From Perkinsus chesapeaki ATCC PRA-425 (lineage: Eukaryota; Protista; Perkinsozoa), in the NCBI GenBank assembly GCA_013115145.1, contig JAAPAO010000011.1, positions 79,705 through 143,704 on the forward strand: a stretch of DNA of 64,000 nt. The letters run 5' to 3'. Of the stretch, positions 1 through 14,640 are shown in pieces; within the stretch, counting starts at the first letter, position 1; each line of letters starts with the position of its first letter. The position numbers and the translations under genes are program-made. The notes under the pieces are model-generated. The model saw only the letters and a list, made by a program, of their open reading frames with translations. It had not been told where the DNA came from and did not search any database.

Positions 1-36
1 GGTTGAGTGTTGGTAGGGTTGAGTGTGTATTGACAG

Positions 37-3000
37 GTTCGGTTTTATGACGAAGGCAAGATCTACCGTGACACCAGGCTCGTTAACTGGTGCCCTTATC
101 TTCGCACTGCCCTTAGTGATCTAGAGGTCGATCATATTGATATCGAGAAGAGGACTCTTCTTTCGGTAATAAAGGCTTCGACTGTAGTGTAGCATATCAC
201 CAATAGGTTCCTGGTCTTCCCGATGCCAAGGTCGAGGTAGGCGTTTTGGTTGAATTTAAGTACCCCTTGAAGGAGGACCCTACCAAGTAGTCTCTGTTGG
301 TCTGTTGTATTTAATGCCTGTGTAGGTTTGTCCATATTGCCACTACACGTCTTGAGACCATGCTTGGTGATGTAGCAGTAGCAGTGAACCCCAAGGATAC
401 CCGTTTTACCTACCTTGTCGGCAAGGAGCTTGTCCATCCCTTCATTCCCGATAGGAAGATGGTCGTTATCGAGGATGATTATGTTTCTATGGACTTTGGT
501 ACCGGATGTGTCAAGATCACACCCGCTCATGATCCTAATGATTTTGCCATTGGTCGCCGCCACAACCTTCCCGAGATTAACATCCTTAATGATGATGGTA
601 AGGCTTCGGACGGGTGGGCTTGGACTTATTTTCGGACGAAATTTGGTATAATATCTGCACGTTAGCAACATTTTCGGTAGTCCGCGAACGGCCTTCCGTG
701 AGGGGGGCAGAGGAATCCCTGTTACTAAGGTGACGGTCTGGTGTAAAGGTCTGCTTCAGGCACCATGAACGAGAACTGCGGTGAGTTTGCCGGCCAGCAC
801 CGCTTCGTTGCCAGAAGGACCGTAGAGGAGCGACTGAAGGAGCTCGGACTGTTCGTCGGCAAGACCGATAACGCTATGAAGGTATCTAAGGGAATCTTAG
901 GTTGAAGGAAGCATTATGTGTAGGTGCCACTGTGCTCGAAGTCTAAGGATATCGTCGAGCCTGTTTTGAAGCCTCAATGGTGGATGGACTGCAGCAAGGA
1001 GGCCGCTCGTGGTGTAGGCCGCCCCAGCACTTGAAGGATCGAGGGATGTGGGGCTGCCGTGATAGGTCCAAGCTGTGAAGGAGGGCAAGTTGAAGATCGA
1101 GCCCAGCTACTACGAGAGCACCTGGTTCAACTGGCTTGAGAACATCCGCGATTGGTGCATTTCCCGTCAGCTTTGGTGGGGCCATCGTATCCCTGCCTAT
1201 AAGGTGGTGAAGCCATGCCAGACGGAGGATCAATGGTGAGCGGTGAATTCGGAGTTCTTGTAGATTGCCAATGTAGGGTTGTTGGTCGTGATGAGGAGGA
1301 GGCATTGTTGAGGGCTGCGGAGAAGCTTGGCATTCCCGAGAGCGAAATCGAACTCGCTCAGGATCCTGATGTCCTCGATACCTGGTAGGCGTTCCATCGA
1401 CCTTGCCGTCTGGGATTTTCTTCCAGGTTCTCGAGTGGCCTGTTGCCCATGTCCGCTCTCGGCTGGCCTAACATGGACACCGATGACATGAAGGCGTTCT
1501 TCCCCACCTCCGTTCTCGAGACCGGTCATGATATCCTGTTCTTCTGGGTGGCCCGTATGGTCATGATGTCCTTGGCCCTCACTGATGAGTTGCCCTTCCA
1601 CACCATCTGTTTGCATGCTATGGTGATACCACTCTTCCCCCAACTCGTGCGCTCATGACCCCTCAGGTTCGCGATGCCCACGGCCGTAAGATGTCCAAGT
1701 CCCTCGGCAACGTTATCGATCCTCTGGAGGTCATGTCCGGCATTAGCCTCCCTGAGCTACAGGAGAAGCTCAAGCACGGTGCGTCATCTTTTACACCTTT
1801 CTACCACCATGCACATGGCATTCAGGTAACCTCCCTGAGAGGGAGATCAAGAAGGCCATGAAGGGCCAAGAGAAGGACTTCCCCGACGGAATTCCCGAGT
1901 GCGGTTCTGATGCCTTGAGGTAGGATGCGGTGGTCTGTGGCTGTTTAGTATTGTTCCTTTGGTCAGGTTCGGTCTGCTGGCCTATACCGGCCAGGCCCGT
2001 AGTGTCAATCTTGACATTAACAGAGTTGTGTCCTACAGATACTTCTGCAATAAGTAGCAGCATGATAGAGCAGCAGAGGGAGGTTTATCGTTTGGTGGCA
2101 GGTTGTGGAATGTAATGAAGTTCGCTCTGCCAAACTTCGGTGACAACTTCAAGTCTACGGGCCTTCCTTTGGACGCCAAGCTCGAGTGGGAGGACAAGTG
2201 GATCCTTTCCAGGCAAGAAGACACGTTGCTTCCTTTCGCCCGGCTGATCACCTGCTTAGGCTCTCCGACGCCGCGGGCGCTGCGAACAGGGGCATCAAGG
2301 ACTTCAGCTTCAGCGATGCTACTACGGCCACCTACAACTTCTGGCTCTACGATTTCTGTGACTACTACCTAGAGCTTGTAAAGAAGCGTTTCCGTGCTCT
2401 TGAGGGCACCGACTCTGAGGAACTTCGAGTTGCCAGGGAGGTAGGTTGACGACAAGGACGACGACCGTGAGGGGGCTGTGCAACGACTGAAGCGGCGGCA
2501 CTCAGGTCCTCTACATCTGCCTTGATCGTGGTTTGAGGCTGCTTCATCCCCTGTTGCCTTTCGTCACTGAGGAGCTTTACCAGCGAATCCCTGACAGTGT
2601 CACCAAGGCCGAGTCCATCGTTGTTGCCGAGTAAGCAGACTCAAGCCTTTTTATTTCCCCTATGGTTGGCCTCAGTTACCCTCAACCGGTGATGTCCTGG
2701 AGGAACCTCGATGTAGAGGAGGAGATGGCGATCCTTCAAACCACCACTTCCTCCTTGAGGTAGTAGCCCTTCGATGGTTTTTATAAATAATGGCTGCCTG
2801 CTCAGGTCCCAAGCAGCCTCCCTCGGCCTGCCCCCGAAGGCCAGGCCGCATGCCTACATCCGTGCTGTGGACCCCGAGGCTCGTCGGGTGCTGCCCAAGA
2901 TAGCCGATCACGTGGCCACTATGGCTAAACTGTCGTCGTTAAAGGTCATCGAGGATGCCAGCGAGGTTCCAGCAGGGTGAGTGGAATAGCTGTTGTCATC

Positions 3001-3350
3001 GGTCCGGCATTCCAATCGTGCAGAACAATCGCCAATGTGGTGTCGGAGCACGTGACCACCTTCATGGAGGTAGCCGGCTTAGTCGACCTCAGCGCCGAAC
3101 TTAAGAAGATCGAGAAGAAGATGGGCATCACACAGCACAACTTGCAGACTTATGTCTCCAAGAGAGAGGTGATGTCATTATCACTACTGCTACAGTACAG
3201 GGGTTGTGGTAGGTACCGGACTATGAGGAGAAGGTGCCTCCACAAGTAAGGCACGCCAACGCTGCCAAGGAGGAGTCCTATAGGGCAGAGCTTGCCGAGC
3301 AAGAGAAGGTTATTGCTCAGATCAAGGCAGCTATGGAGAGCACTGCATAG
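37..3350 (+). CDS. VARS: Valyl-tRNA synthetase (cytosolic type), multi-exon; 5' part lies upstream of the window
   Basis: Spliced translation gives [101 protein letters not shown] (KMSKS motif) and [12 protein letters not shown]. It ends IKAAMESTA* at 3350. Confidence 0.96.
2213..2259 (+). other. GC-AG intron in ValRS (47 nt)
   Basis: TCC AG|gcaaga...cttag|G CTC TCC restores the conserved WILSRLSDA. No GT donor gives this frame. Confidence 0.8.
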
Positions 3351-3723
3351 ATGCCGAAGCAACTGACGTTGATGCTGTTGTTACTGTAAAGTGCTGATCG
3401 TTTACCGTTTCCTTTGTGTACTCATCATCATCCTCCTCTTCCCCGCCGTTCAATAACGGTAGAGGAACTGTTCCTATTGTTGTATTCATTAAAGAGGTGA
3501 CCGTGGTTTGTATTATCTTGAGCAGTAGCACTAACCATACGCCTTCGCACGATAAAGGATAAACGATCGAGTTCAGTGGTCAATCTGGCGGAGCTATCCC
3601 TCCTTCCCTCGCAGTTACTATTGTTTCTGCTGTGCCCCTTGGTGAAATCGTAGCTAGATCCTCGGGGTATTCTATCTGCAATACGTGCCAATACGTGTGG
3701 GATGTAGGATTGGTTTTATAGTC

Positions 3724-6648
3724 ATGGCTCCCATCGACTACAGCCGTTGGGATAACATCGACTCGGAGTCTGAAGGAGAGGTTGTGGCGGAGTCGACAAG
3801 GGTACTAGTGGGAGAAGGTGGCCGTGCTATGGTGTGGGGATAGATCCAGTCGAGGGCTCGCCCTAAGGAGACTGTTATAAAGCAACCTCCACGGCCAACT
3901 AAGCTTGAAGTTGAACCAATGACCGTTGAGAAAGCGCCGCCTGTGAAAGCTTCTGCGGTAGTTGCTAAGGGAGAGACAGAGTGAGCTGCTCCACGGGGGT
4001 AGTGTGGTCTACTGGTGCTCCTGTAGAACGCTGGAGCGCCTAATAGCCGACCTTCTGCGAGAGGGAAGGGAGGCTGGTATGAGAAGGAGGGGAGAGAATA
4101 TAGATGATAATGCTAATTGGACTCAATGGACTCTCGAGTCTGCTGTGGAGGCGGCTCACGATCTCCGACTGGTGAGGTTCCCTCCACCAACGCCTCCAAT
4201 TAGGTCTAGGTAAGAGTACTTGCTCGGGTACTAGAAATGAAATTCTGGCATTAGTTTCGATCCTAAAGAGCGCACATCGACGAGCTCTGGTCTTCCGCTG
4301 TTCGACTACGTTTTGGAGTATGACTTTGACCGACTGGGAAGGGGTAGGAAAACGGCGAAGGGCCGGCAGAGCTGTTGGTGGCTGTAGGGAGGCGGCTAGA
4401 GGATATACCGGAGATACAATTGTTGCCTCGATCACCGGAGAGAGAGGCGGCTTTTGCACCCGAAAGAGTGGTACATAAGTGCAGGAAGCAGCATAGAGTG
4501 TGTGGGAGGAAGAAGGAGCCAAAGCAGGCTGACGAAGTGAAGACGCCAGCGGAACGTGAAGAAGCTGTGGAGGAGTCTAGCGAGGTGGAGGCCAAGGAGG
4601 ATAAGGAGACGCTGACGGAGGAACCTTTGAAGGTTGAGGTTGAGGGACGAGTGACTTTTGATGACATAAAGTGAAATCTATCACAAGTGAGTACGATGTG
4701 ACTATGGTTGTTAGGGATAAAGACTTCTCCCCGTCTGGTTTGGTCACGGAGGCAGAAAGCGTTTTGAAGCAGTATGAAAACGAGCAGCAGGTAGGATGAT
4801 CAACCTCCGATGATGAGGTGTTATGGTTCTTCAGCTGGAGGAGCTGTACTATATGCTAAAGGCCGAGAAGGGTCTTCAGCACCCTATGACTTTAGCGAGC
4901 TTCTTCAAACTCTTTGATGTTTGGATTGGCCTTTACAGGTTGGTCTGACCTCTGCTGGTCGGTGGGTATGTAGGAGGTAGGTTGAGGAAGTGCCAACAGG
5001 AGCTGGAGGAAGTCTTACCAGTCTGCCGGAAGCTCGGGGATCCTTTCAAGCTCAAAGCTGTCCAGGTACCCTGGCTATGCTAGATGGTCCTGAGGGGCAG
5101 CTTCTCATCAGGCAACGGCCTTTACTAAATGGAAGCAAGGGAAGCTGAAGGAGGCACTGGTGCTATTCCAGGAGATGGAGCAAATAGTCGGCAAGTCGGC
5201 CGCACTGTGCGAGAACATCGGCCACACCTACAAGTGAACACTGGGCTGGCAAAATGAGACTTATTCCCGTTTCAGTTCCCTTGGGGAATTGGCCAAGGCC
5301 GAGCAGTACTTCAAGGAGTCATTAGCTCTGATAGAGAAGCAGGCGGGTGATGGGCACGATACTGATGGCAACGAGAGGTAGTACGGTAGTTGTGGCTCGC
5401 AAGGTTGTTTCGGTAATGGACTTAGCAATCTGGGCGGAGTGTTGCTGGGGCTTGGTATAGTGCTGGAGCGCCGAGGTCGAGTGAAGGAGGCTTTGCAGTT
5501 CTGCAAAAAGGCGCATAGGTTTTACACGGTGCGCCGGCCGGAGCCTAACTGCCTGATTCATTGCCCCTCAGGACAAGTTCAACGTAGTAGGGGGCTCCTC
5601 GCTTGTCGCGAAGGCCGGCATGAGCGTGGCTAAGTGCTACGAAAAGCTGGATAACCTAGCTAAGGCACAGAAGTATGCAGAGGAAGCTATAGCGATATTT
5701 GAGGTAAGGCGTGCTGCTGGCACGTTGATGGGAAATTCGGTCAGCGAACTTGCGGGGAGGAGTCGCCTTTGGTGGCCAGTGCATGCCATACGTTGGGCAG
5801 GATAATGTGGGCTAAGGGAAAGAGAATGGCCGCTAGGGAGAATTTGGAGAGAGCGTAAGGGAGGAGACATGGAGAGAGGAGGCTGGAGGCAGTTACTACC
5901 TGGAGGCAATTAAGGACGCTGTGGACATTCGGTGCTTGATGGAGATCCACAACGAACTGATAGAAACTCACACTGGAGGTGGGGCCACAGTAGTGTGGAG
6001 GGTGGCGGAGCGGGCATGCAGGTATTGAAAGGGTGAATAGGATGGACTTTAGAAAGTACACTCGTATAGTCGAGGCAGCCACGGATAACATTCAGCAGAA
6101 TCTGCCACAGGACGGCAATGCTGCTGTGTACTACAAGTTGGCGGCGGAAATGTAAGCTACGGCGGTGGTGGCGGCATGTAGAGGGGCGGAGGAAGGTACC
6201 TGTGGGGCGGCCTGTACGGAGAATGTGTAAGGATGGTCGAAATGGCCATACCACTGTTTAGGGCGGAGAAGTCGATGGATTGCTCTTGCTTTGTGGAGGT
6301 AGTAATCTTGATACGCGATGAGTGTGGTCAGTGAGTCACTGATTTTTGTAGACCTGTGAGAGGCTGAGGGCATATGCTGTCGGTAATGTAGCTATTGGGT
6401 GTGAGGTGGACGAGTTCGGTCTGGCACAGGGTACGGGTGATAAGACCAAGCCCACGGAAGTAGGCAATTTGCCGTACGGGTTTTCTGAGAGATTGTTGTT
6501 ATAGGAGACGGAGACCGAGAAGCTGGAGGATTCTCAGGGCTGTACTGTTGGTGAAGAAATTGTGATGGAGGAACCAGTGACGCATGAACGATTGCCCTCC
6601 AGTCGAGGAAGTGAGGAGTTCTTCGACTGTGAGGAGGACGATATATAA
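3724..6648 (+). CDS. Tetratricopeptide-repeat protein, multi-exon
   Basis: It starts MAPIDYSRWDNIDSES. Spliced TPR-like helices include WKQGKLKEALVLFQEME, ENIGHTY.SLGELAKAEQYFKESL, LLGLGIVLERRGRVKEALQFCKKA and SVAKCYEKLDNLAKAQKY. It ends EEFFDCEEDDI*. Some exon boundaries are uncertain. Confidence 0.75.
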
Positions 6649-6756
6649 ATACACGCAGAGTGTTGTGCTCTTAATTCGATTATCGATAGCATGAGAGCCT
6701 TGTGTCGTGGGAACAGAGGCGATGTTGAGTGGCAGACTTTTTGCTGCTTCGGAGGG

Positions 6757-9700
6757 ATGGCCAGCCCGTCCTCGGCGCCCCGACATGGGGGGAAATCTGT
6801 GGAACAGATATATAAGAAGATGACGCAAATAGAGCACATTCTTGCTAGGTAAGATGGTAGTAGTTGGGCTGCTAGCACCGATGGTCGCACTGTAGACCCG
6901 ATACCTACGTTGGCAGCTTGGAACACCAGACGGAGAGAATGTGGGTGTGGGACTCTGAGGCCGGCAATATAGTTCAGAAACAGATCACTGTGAGGGGAAG
7001 GGACGGGTGGCTTTGTGCTGGAGGGGTGCGGTTAGTTCTGTCCTGGACTATACAAGATATTCGATGAGATTCTGGTCAATGCAGCGGACAACCTTCAGAG
7101 AGACCCGAAGCATATGAACACCATTAAGGTAGTCTAACTCACTCAAGAAGGCGTCACTGCCTGAGCTCAGGTTGACATCGATGCTGAGAACGGCTTTATC
7201 AAAGTATATAACAACGGCAAGGGCCTGCCCGTTCAGGTAGGAGCAGCGATTCGCCTTTGTGTGGCTGAGTGGTATCGTCTTTGTCTGTGATTGTTAGATT
7301 CACAAAGAGCATCGCGTGTATGTCCCAGAGCTTGTGTTCGGTCATTTATTGACAAGTGATAATTATGATGATAATGAAAAGAAGGTGGGCTAATAGCTGA
7401 ACGCATTTGAGTGATCGAGTCTCGACACTGAATCTCGAAGTTAGAGACTAAAAGTTTAATAGCGCAAACGATTCGACCGTACTTAATTTGTGGTGACCTT
7501 TTATCTCCAACGATGCATTTCTATGTCTATTTCCGTACAGTGATTGTAGTACTATTAAGTACCTACTTGAAGTACTTTCTTGAAGTGGTCACGGTACCGT
7601 ATTGGTCCCCGGGTGGGTAGTTAATGTTTATGGATATTGCTGTTGATGCAAAGGGTAATGATCAGTGGTCCTTCAACAGGTCACTGGTGGCCGAAATGGT
7701 TATGGTGCAAAGCTGACGAATATATTCTCGAAGAAGTTTGTCGTGACGACTGCTGACCATGTCCGTAAAAAGCTGTACAAGCAGCAGTTTGAGAAGTCGA
7801 TGCAAAAGAAGAAGGATCCTGTCATTACCGATCATGACAAGGAGGATTTTACCTGCGTGCAGTTCTGGCCGGATCTTGAGAAGTAGCCAACCTGCTTTCT
7901 TCATCGGACCTCTCCTACGTCGTTTTTTTCAGGTTCGGCATGACCCATTTGGATGCCGACATTGTAGGGCTCGATGCTTGGTTCCGGTGTATCCCACTGC
8001 TGCTGTTAGGTGTCGTTGATGTCGAAGCGTGTTATCGATGTTGCCGGGACTTCCGCTTCTAAGAAATGCAAGGTTTATCTTAATGGTAGCTCCTTTTAGT
8101 GCTGCCTTATAATACGGTCTCATTGTGGCCAGGGAAACGTGTTCCTATCTCAAGTTTCAAGGACTATGCTGAGCTGTATCTTACCGGGGAGTGGGCGGAG
8201 GCTCCTAAGATCTATGAGAAGGTACTTCAAGCGATCTAGCAGGGCGCTTGGATACGCCCAGCCAGGTGTCTGACCGGTGGGAGGTTCTGGTGACGCTAAG
8301 CGACCCGGCCGGGGGCGGTGGGCAGTTCCAGCAAGTGTCCTTTGCCAATTCGATTAATACTGTTAAGGGTGGTACCCATGTCAACCATGTCGCTGAACAA
8401 ATTGTAAATGCTGTATTGAAGAAGGCTCAGACGAAGAATAAAGGTGGGAGAGGGAGGTGCTGAAGGGGTGGTGCTTGCAAGTCGACTGGTGTTGGGATAT
8501 ACACAGGTGCTATCCTCGATAAGTCGGGGGGATTGGGGATGTTTCGGTAGAGTTTTACACTTCCCAAAATGAACGAATGTATTCTTCATGCCGATTTTGG
8601 TTCAACTTATTAGGAAGGTTGATAGATATCCCCATGCTTGGTTTGGCAGGTGGGATGGAATTGAAGCCTTTCCAAGTTAAGAATCACATGTGGCTGTTTG
8701 TAAACGCTTTAATAGAGAATCCGACTTTCGATTCTCAAACCAAGGAGACGCTCACCCTCAAGGTAGTTTTCATGTCGTGTTGTTGGTATTAATATTTCTC
8801 TGAAGGTGGCGAAGTTTGGGTCGAAGTGCGCATTGAGTGATGCGACGATGAAGAAGGTGCTCAATTCTGGTATAGTCGATCAGGTGGGCGGCGGGTGGGG
8901 CTGGCTAGTGGTATGTGTGGGGTAGGTTGTTAACTGGGCCAAGTTCAAGCAGACTGCGACTTTGCAGAGCAAGATGAAAGTGAGTAGTAGTGCTTTTAAG
9001 TAGAAGAGAGTGCTGCGTGTGGTAGGGCGGCACTGGAGGCCATACGAGGATCTTGGGAATACCTAAGCTGGAGGATGCCAACGATGCTGGTAGGGAGGGA
9101 TAAGACCGGCATGCCTACTTTGGAATGGTCGTTTTAGGTGGCCGGCATTCGGATAGATGCACGCTTATTCTTACAGAGGGAGATTCAGCCAAGGCACTTG
9201 CCGTGGCTGGGCTTGGTGTTATCGGCCGTGATAAGTACGGAGACTGGGGCGTCCTTTGTGTGGTTTCTAAGGTGTGGGCAGGTACGGTGTGTTTCCGTTG
9301 AGGGGTAAGGTTCTGAATGTGCGAGAGGCATCTTATAAGCAGACGGTTGATAATAAGGAAATCCAGGCGATCCTCAAGATTATCGGTTTGGAGCCGAGGA
9401 AAGCGTGCGTGCTCACCGGCTCCAGTTGGCCGTATGCCAGTTGATGCAGATACGATGGCGTCAGGGGCCTCCGCTATGGGTCAATTATGGTCATGACAGA
9501 TCAGGATCTGGATGGGTCGCATATCAAAGGGCTCCTAATCAATCTAGTGTAAGTGAGGGGTGGTGACACGATGGTGACGCGTCCTTGCTACGTCACCACC
9601 GCGCGCGATATCTACCTGTTCTGAGGTGGATGTCAGGCACCACTGGTGGCCAGGTCTGTTGCAGACCAGGGGGTTCATGAGGGAATTCGTCACACCAATT

Positions 9701-12700
9701 GTAAAGTGTGTTAAAGGCCGACGGGAGCTTAGTTTTTTTACACTAACCGAATACGAAGAATGGAAGAGGAATAACAACGAAGGGAAAGGTAGCTGCGAGT
9801 CCAGCGGGCGTTGCTGAGGTTGATTGATTAGGTTGGAAAATAAAATACTACAAAGGTCTGGGTACCAGTACTAGTAAGGAGGCTAAGGAGTACTTCTCTC
9901 AAATAGCCAAGTAGGGTAGCCTGCCGCTGCTGCTGGGTTGGAGGGGTGTGCTGCAGGCACAGTCTGTCGTTTGAGTACAGGGATGGTGATGATGGGGAGG
10001 CTATCGATATGGCGTTTAATAAGAAGAGGGCTGATGATAGGAAAGAGTGGATTAATGGGTATGGTGCTAGCTGCGAGCTTGGTTGTGACTGAGGTGTATA
10101 GATATGTTGATGGAGACTGTGTGGACCACTCTAAGGATTCCCTGAGGTAAGCGTGGATGGTATAGGATGGATTAGTCTATTCGGGGCAGTGGAGAGTCTG
10201 GTGCATATGTGTGATCATTGGTACTGTGAGGTAGTTCACGGCCACTACTAGGGGCGCTACTTGCATCTGACCTTATGAGGATAGAACTGAAGTTGTATAA
10301 AGCTAAGTAGGGAAAGCTAGATCGTGAGAAATCGGTTGGAATACAAAAAAAGAGATTATTATTGGAACAAGCATCGGTGACGACAAACTTGATCGAACCC
10401 GAAAGCGAACTCACTGGGTTGTACAACCATAACACGTGTTCCACTCCGCTGGCTGCAAGACCATCGGGGACCATGCAGTTGCCCGCATCTTACCATAGCA
10501 AGCCTGCACTGTCTCAGATATCTCGACTTTATCAACAAGGAGCTGGTTCAGTTTTCGAAGTATGATGTTATGAGAAGCATTCCTAGCATGGTCGATGGAT
10601 TCAAACCCTCCCAAGTACAAAGTCTCCCCTCGAGTCGAGGTATTATACTTCCTCTATCAGCGTAAAGTGCTGTTCTGCGCGCTGAAGAGGAACCTCAAAT
10701 CTGATACCAAAGTGGCCCAGTTCGTTGGCTATGTCTCAGAGCATGTGAGCCATCTTGTCGCCTCTTCACTCTGCTCTATCGCCAACCTCTGTTCAGTCTG
10801 CTTATCATCACGGAGAACAGAGTTTGGAGTCCTGTATTGTCGGCATGGCCCAAGACTTCATAGGTAAGCATCACGGCAGTCACTTACGAGCAGCGATACT
10901 TAGCTTCGAACAATCTCAATTTGCTCGTGCCATCGGGTCAGTTCGGTACCAGGCTACAGGGTGGCAAGGATGCAGCCAGCGGACGGTGAGCTAGTGGGGC
11001 TTTCGGCAGGGCAGGGTGGGTCAGATATATCTATACGAGGATGTGTAAATACACTCGCAACATCTTCCATCCTGATGATGATGATGTCTTGGAGTACCTT
11101 AACGAGGTGGGCTCTCCAACGAACGTCGGCATCTGCAATTTGTGGCCTTCAGGAAGGGCAAAATATCGAGCCCAAGTGGTACTGCCCGATTATCCCTATG
11201 GTGCTGGTTAACGGTGCGGAGGGTATCGGGACAGGGTGGTCAACTAATGTGCTGAGCTATGACCCTAGGGAGATAATAGACCTCCTTCGAGCCCTCATAA
11301 GAGGTGGTCCCGCTACTAGTGTGGAGTGACTTTGTCACTGCTGTGTAGGCGTCGATCTGCATGACATTCATCCGTGGTATCGTGGCTTCACGGGCACTGT
11401 GGAGCGCAACGATAAGGGCGGGTATGACTTTATTGGGAAGGTTAAGATGGCCAGTGACGACAGAACGATTGATATAACCGAGCTGCCGGTGAAGACCTGG
11501 ACGCAGAACTACAAGGAGTTCCTGCAGGTGATTAGCCTGCTTGAAGTGACTATATATTGGGAATGATGTCAGGAGATGATGCAAGCTGGTCAAGAGGCGA
11601 TAACTCAGGAGAAGAAGGCGAAGGCGAAGGCTAAGAAGAGGGCGGCGGCTGCTGCAGCAGCAGCTAGTAGCGATGCCGGCAGCGAGCCAAGTACTCCACT
11701 GCCACCTGGGTCTGAAAAGGAGAAGGAAAAGAAGAAGGGACCTTTGGTGAAGCTAGGCGACCTTAAAGAGTGGGTTCAGTGACTCAGAGTGGAGAGGCTA
11801 TTCTTGGTTATGGTTAGGTACCACACAGAGCACAGTGTTCACTTCAAGGCGACTTTGCAGAATGAGGCGGCTAAGAGCGTTGTCGATTCCCTGGGGCTCG
11901 AGAAGGCCTTCAAATTGCGATCGGCTTTCTCTACTACAAACATGGTGCGCCTTGTGCGAGCCTATCCCGCCCAGTATCGCCTGGTGGTCAGGTCCTGTTT
12001 GACCGTGACGGCAAGATACGCCGATATGACACTGTACTGGACATCATCAAGGACTTTGCAGACTTGAGGCTCGATATCTACGCCAAAAGGAAGGAGAGCC
12101 TCATCGCCAAACTGACGAAGGAAATACTTGTAGGCCAGCCGATAATGGAGGCAGGGGGATGGTCGGCACAGATACTCTCCAATAAAGCCCGCTTTGTGAC
12201 GATGGTCGTGAACGGCGAGATTGTGTTCCAGAAGAAAAAGATAGCGCAGTTGATGGAAGAGCTGAAGCGGAAGAACTTCATGACCATGATGGAGATAGAT
12301 GCTCAGACGAGGGCAGCTAAGACCGGTTCACTCAAAGGGAAGGCGGGCTCGTCGGCAGCAGGTGGGAGAGGTGGGGAGGATGACGGATCGGACGGCTCTG
12401 GTAGGCGATGAAGTGAAATCGGAGGGAGAGTCGAGTGACGAGGAAGCCGATGATGAAGCAAAGGTGAGCGGAGTCTGGTAGGGGATGATATCCTACAACC
12501 ACCGCAGGCTGAGAAGCAACAGAAGAGGTCCGGATACGACTACTTGTTGGCGATGTCCATGTGGAGCCTTACACTGGAGAGAGTGGAGGCCATGGAGAGG
12601 CTACTGCGAGATAAGGAGGCCGAGCTCAAGGTAGCTGAATACCGCTGTGAGAGCTATCAGCTGGTGCACAGATACTCCGGGGGCGTTCAATTGAGGAGAT

Positions 12701-14506
12701 GTGGGACAGGGATTTGGTGCAGCTGTTGGCGGCTTTGGATGAAGATGACGAGCGGCGCGCTAGAGAGATCCAGGCGGAGGCTCGGTATAGGAAGAACAAA
12801 CCGAGAATGGGGAAAGTGGCATCGAAGGGCAAGAAGGCTGCGAGCCCATCAAGTGAGGATTAGAAGGCTTCCTTGGTTACTAATGAAATGAGTACATCTG
12901 GCCACGTATGAAGAAAGGATCTCAGGGAACTCGATGGGCCACACAGTAGCCAATGTGGTCCAGAGCAGCTTTTGCAGTCTCCAGCTTTGCAGAGAGTATT
13001 CTCTACTGTGGGGAATTCTATGCTGGGCTGAAGAAGGTCGAGACTGATTCAGGAATCAGCGGTTTCAGGTAGCGAGAATGACTATGGCAGCGAAGATGAG
13101 GACGAGATCATGAGCGATGCAAGTGATGTCAAGCCGTCTAAGAAGAAGGGCGCCAAGAAGGTCGCAGCTGGGAAGCCGGAGGATTTGATAGAATCTTTGC
13201 TGAATAAGTAGGAGTGCTGTCTGGCAGTGGGCCGGCGAATTCGGAGCTGTAAAGGTACAAGGCGGAAGGTGAGTTGTGTACAGTTGATAGAGCAACGTTG
13301 GAAGTGAAGCCGATGGAGGCTGATGCTTGGAGGAAGGTTAAAAAGGAGGAGGGCGACAAGACCAGGTCGAAGGCGTCCTATCGTGAAGGTTAGAAGTGAA
13401 AGAACTCCTGATGGTTGGATAGGTCAGTGTCTTTAGCCACTTCAACGGCCAACCCATCTCCGTCGGGAAGCCCATCAGCGTCATCAGGGGATGATATTAT
13501 GAAGAAAGCCGAGATAGGTAAGGGGACGAGTTTTATCGGCACAGGCTGGACTTACTTCAGCTCACAAACAGTCGTCGAGCATCTTGGAGAAGTTGAGGAT
13601 GAAGAAGGAAGGGAAGACAACAACTTCGCAGGTTACCAAATCTTCTAGCTCATCAAGTGAGGAATCTTCGGGTTACGCGTGCATCTCATGCTGATCGTTC
13701 AGGCGGGAACCAACCGACTATAAGCTCGTTCTTCAAGCCTAAGGCCGAGGCCAAGACTGACACGACAGAGTCGAACTGGCTCGACAGCCTCGTCGCCGCC
13801 GGGAAGAGCAACTCCGCCTTGGACACTGATTCTGATGAGGTCAGCAGCGCAGTTTCATTTTTAACGACATGCTCAGCGTAGTCTCGGCCAGCTACCAAGC
13901 CTCCTACACCGAAGAGCAAAGCCAAGGCGAAAGCTAAGGCGAAGAGGAAAAGTCCAGCGAAGGGACGGAAAGCAGCCAAAGCAACGTCGAGCAGCGAAGT
14001 TAGCTTCGCAAGCTCCGCCGAGGAAATCAGCAGCGAGGAAGCCCCAGACTCACCCGCCCCAAGAAGCCGGAGGTAGCTTCTGGACATTCAGCCTGGTTGA
14101 TCCGACGTGTCTCAGACCGGCTCGGGCAGCAGCGGCGCGAGCAGCCAGTAGGAAGCTAATCGCTTCCAGTGACTCCTCCGACTACGGTGGCGAGTCGGAC
14201 TCGGAATCAGCCTCTGACCAGGAAAGTCCTCTCAGCGATTTCAGTAGGCCTCGGCTTTTCAATAGAACATATATTCTAAACTAGGTGACGTCTCCGATGC
14301 ACGCCCTCGGAAGAAGACCATCAAGCGCAAGGTCTCGTCGCCAACTCCGGCGAAATCAACAAAGAAGTCACCTGCTGGCGGGGGGCGTAAGAGGCGCAAA
14401 GTGGTAGGAGATTCCATCCGTAGGCCGGTGAGAAGATCTGAAGCAGGTCCAGCTTGATAGCGATGACGAGAGCGCTGATGACTCCGACGATAGTGACTAT
14501 GCATAA
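6757..14506 (+). CDS. TOP2: DNA topoisomerase II (type IIA), many exons, long low-complexity C-terminal tail
   Basis: QIEHILARPDTYVGS, YKIFDEILVNAADN, VYNNGKGLP, TGGRNGYGAKLTNIFS, LILTEGDSAK, YGVFPLRGK, MTDQDLDGSHIKGL (TOPRIM), RSIPSMVDGFKPSQRK, AYHHGEQSL, GTRLQGGKDAASGRYIY (active-site Tyr) and PMVLVNGAEGIGTGWST. The stop at 14504-14506 comes from my reading of the acidic tail. Confidence 0.96.
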
Positions 14507-14640
14507 TTCATTCCCAATATTAACGGGTTTCTCAATTCGTGCTTCTGATGCCTCCGTTGCTTCTGTTGTGTTTGGCGGCTTCCTACCCAGGGACAACTTT
14601 CCTGACAGCATTACCGTGTGATGCCCGATCGTGTCGGCTA

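Noticed and set aside
598-8648. snoRNAs in unusually long introns (about 598-769, 7386-7679 and 8449-8648)
   Set aside because: No convincing C/D (RTGATGA..CTGA) or H/ACA arrangement was seen. A covariance-model search would be needed.
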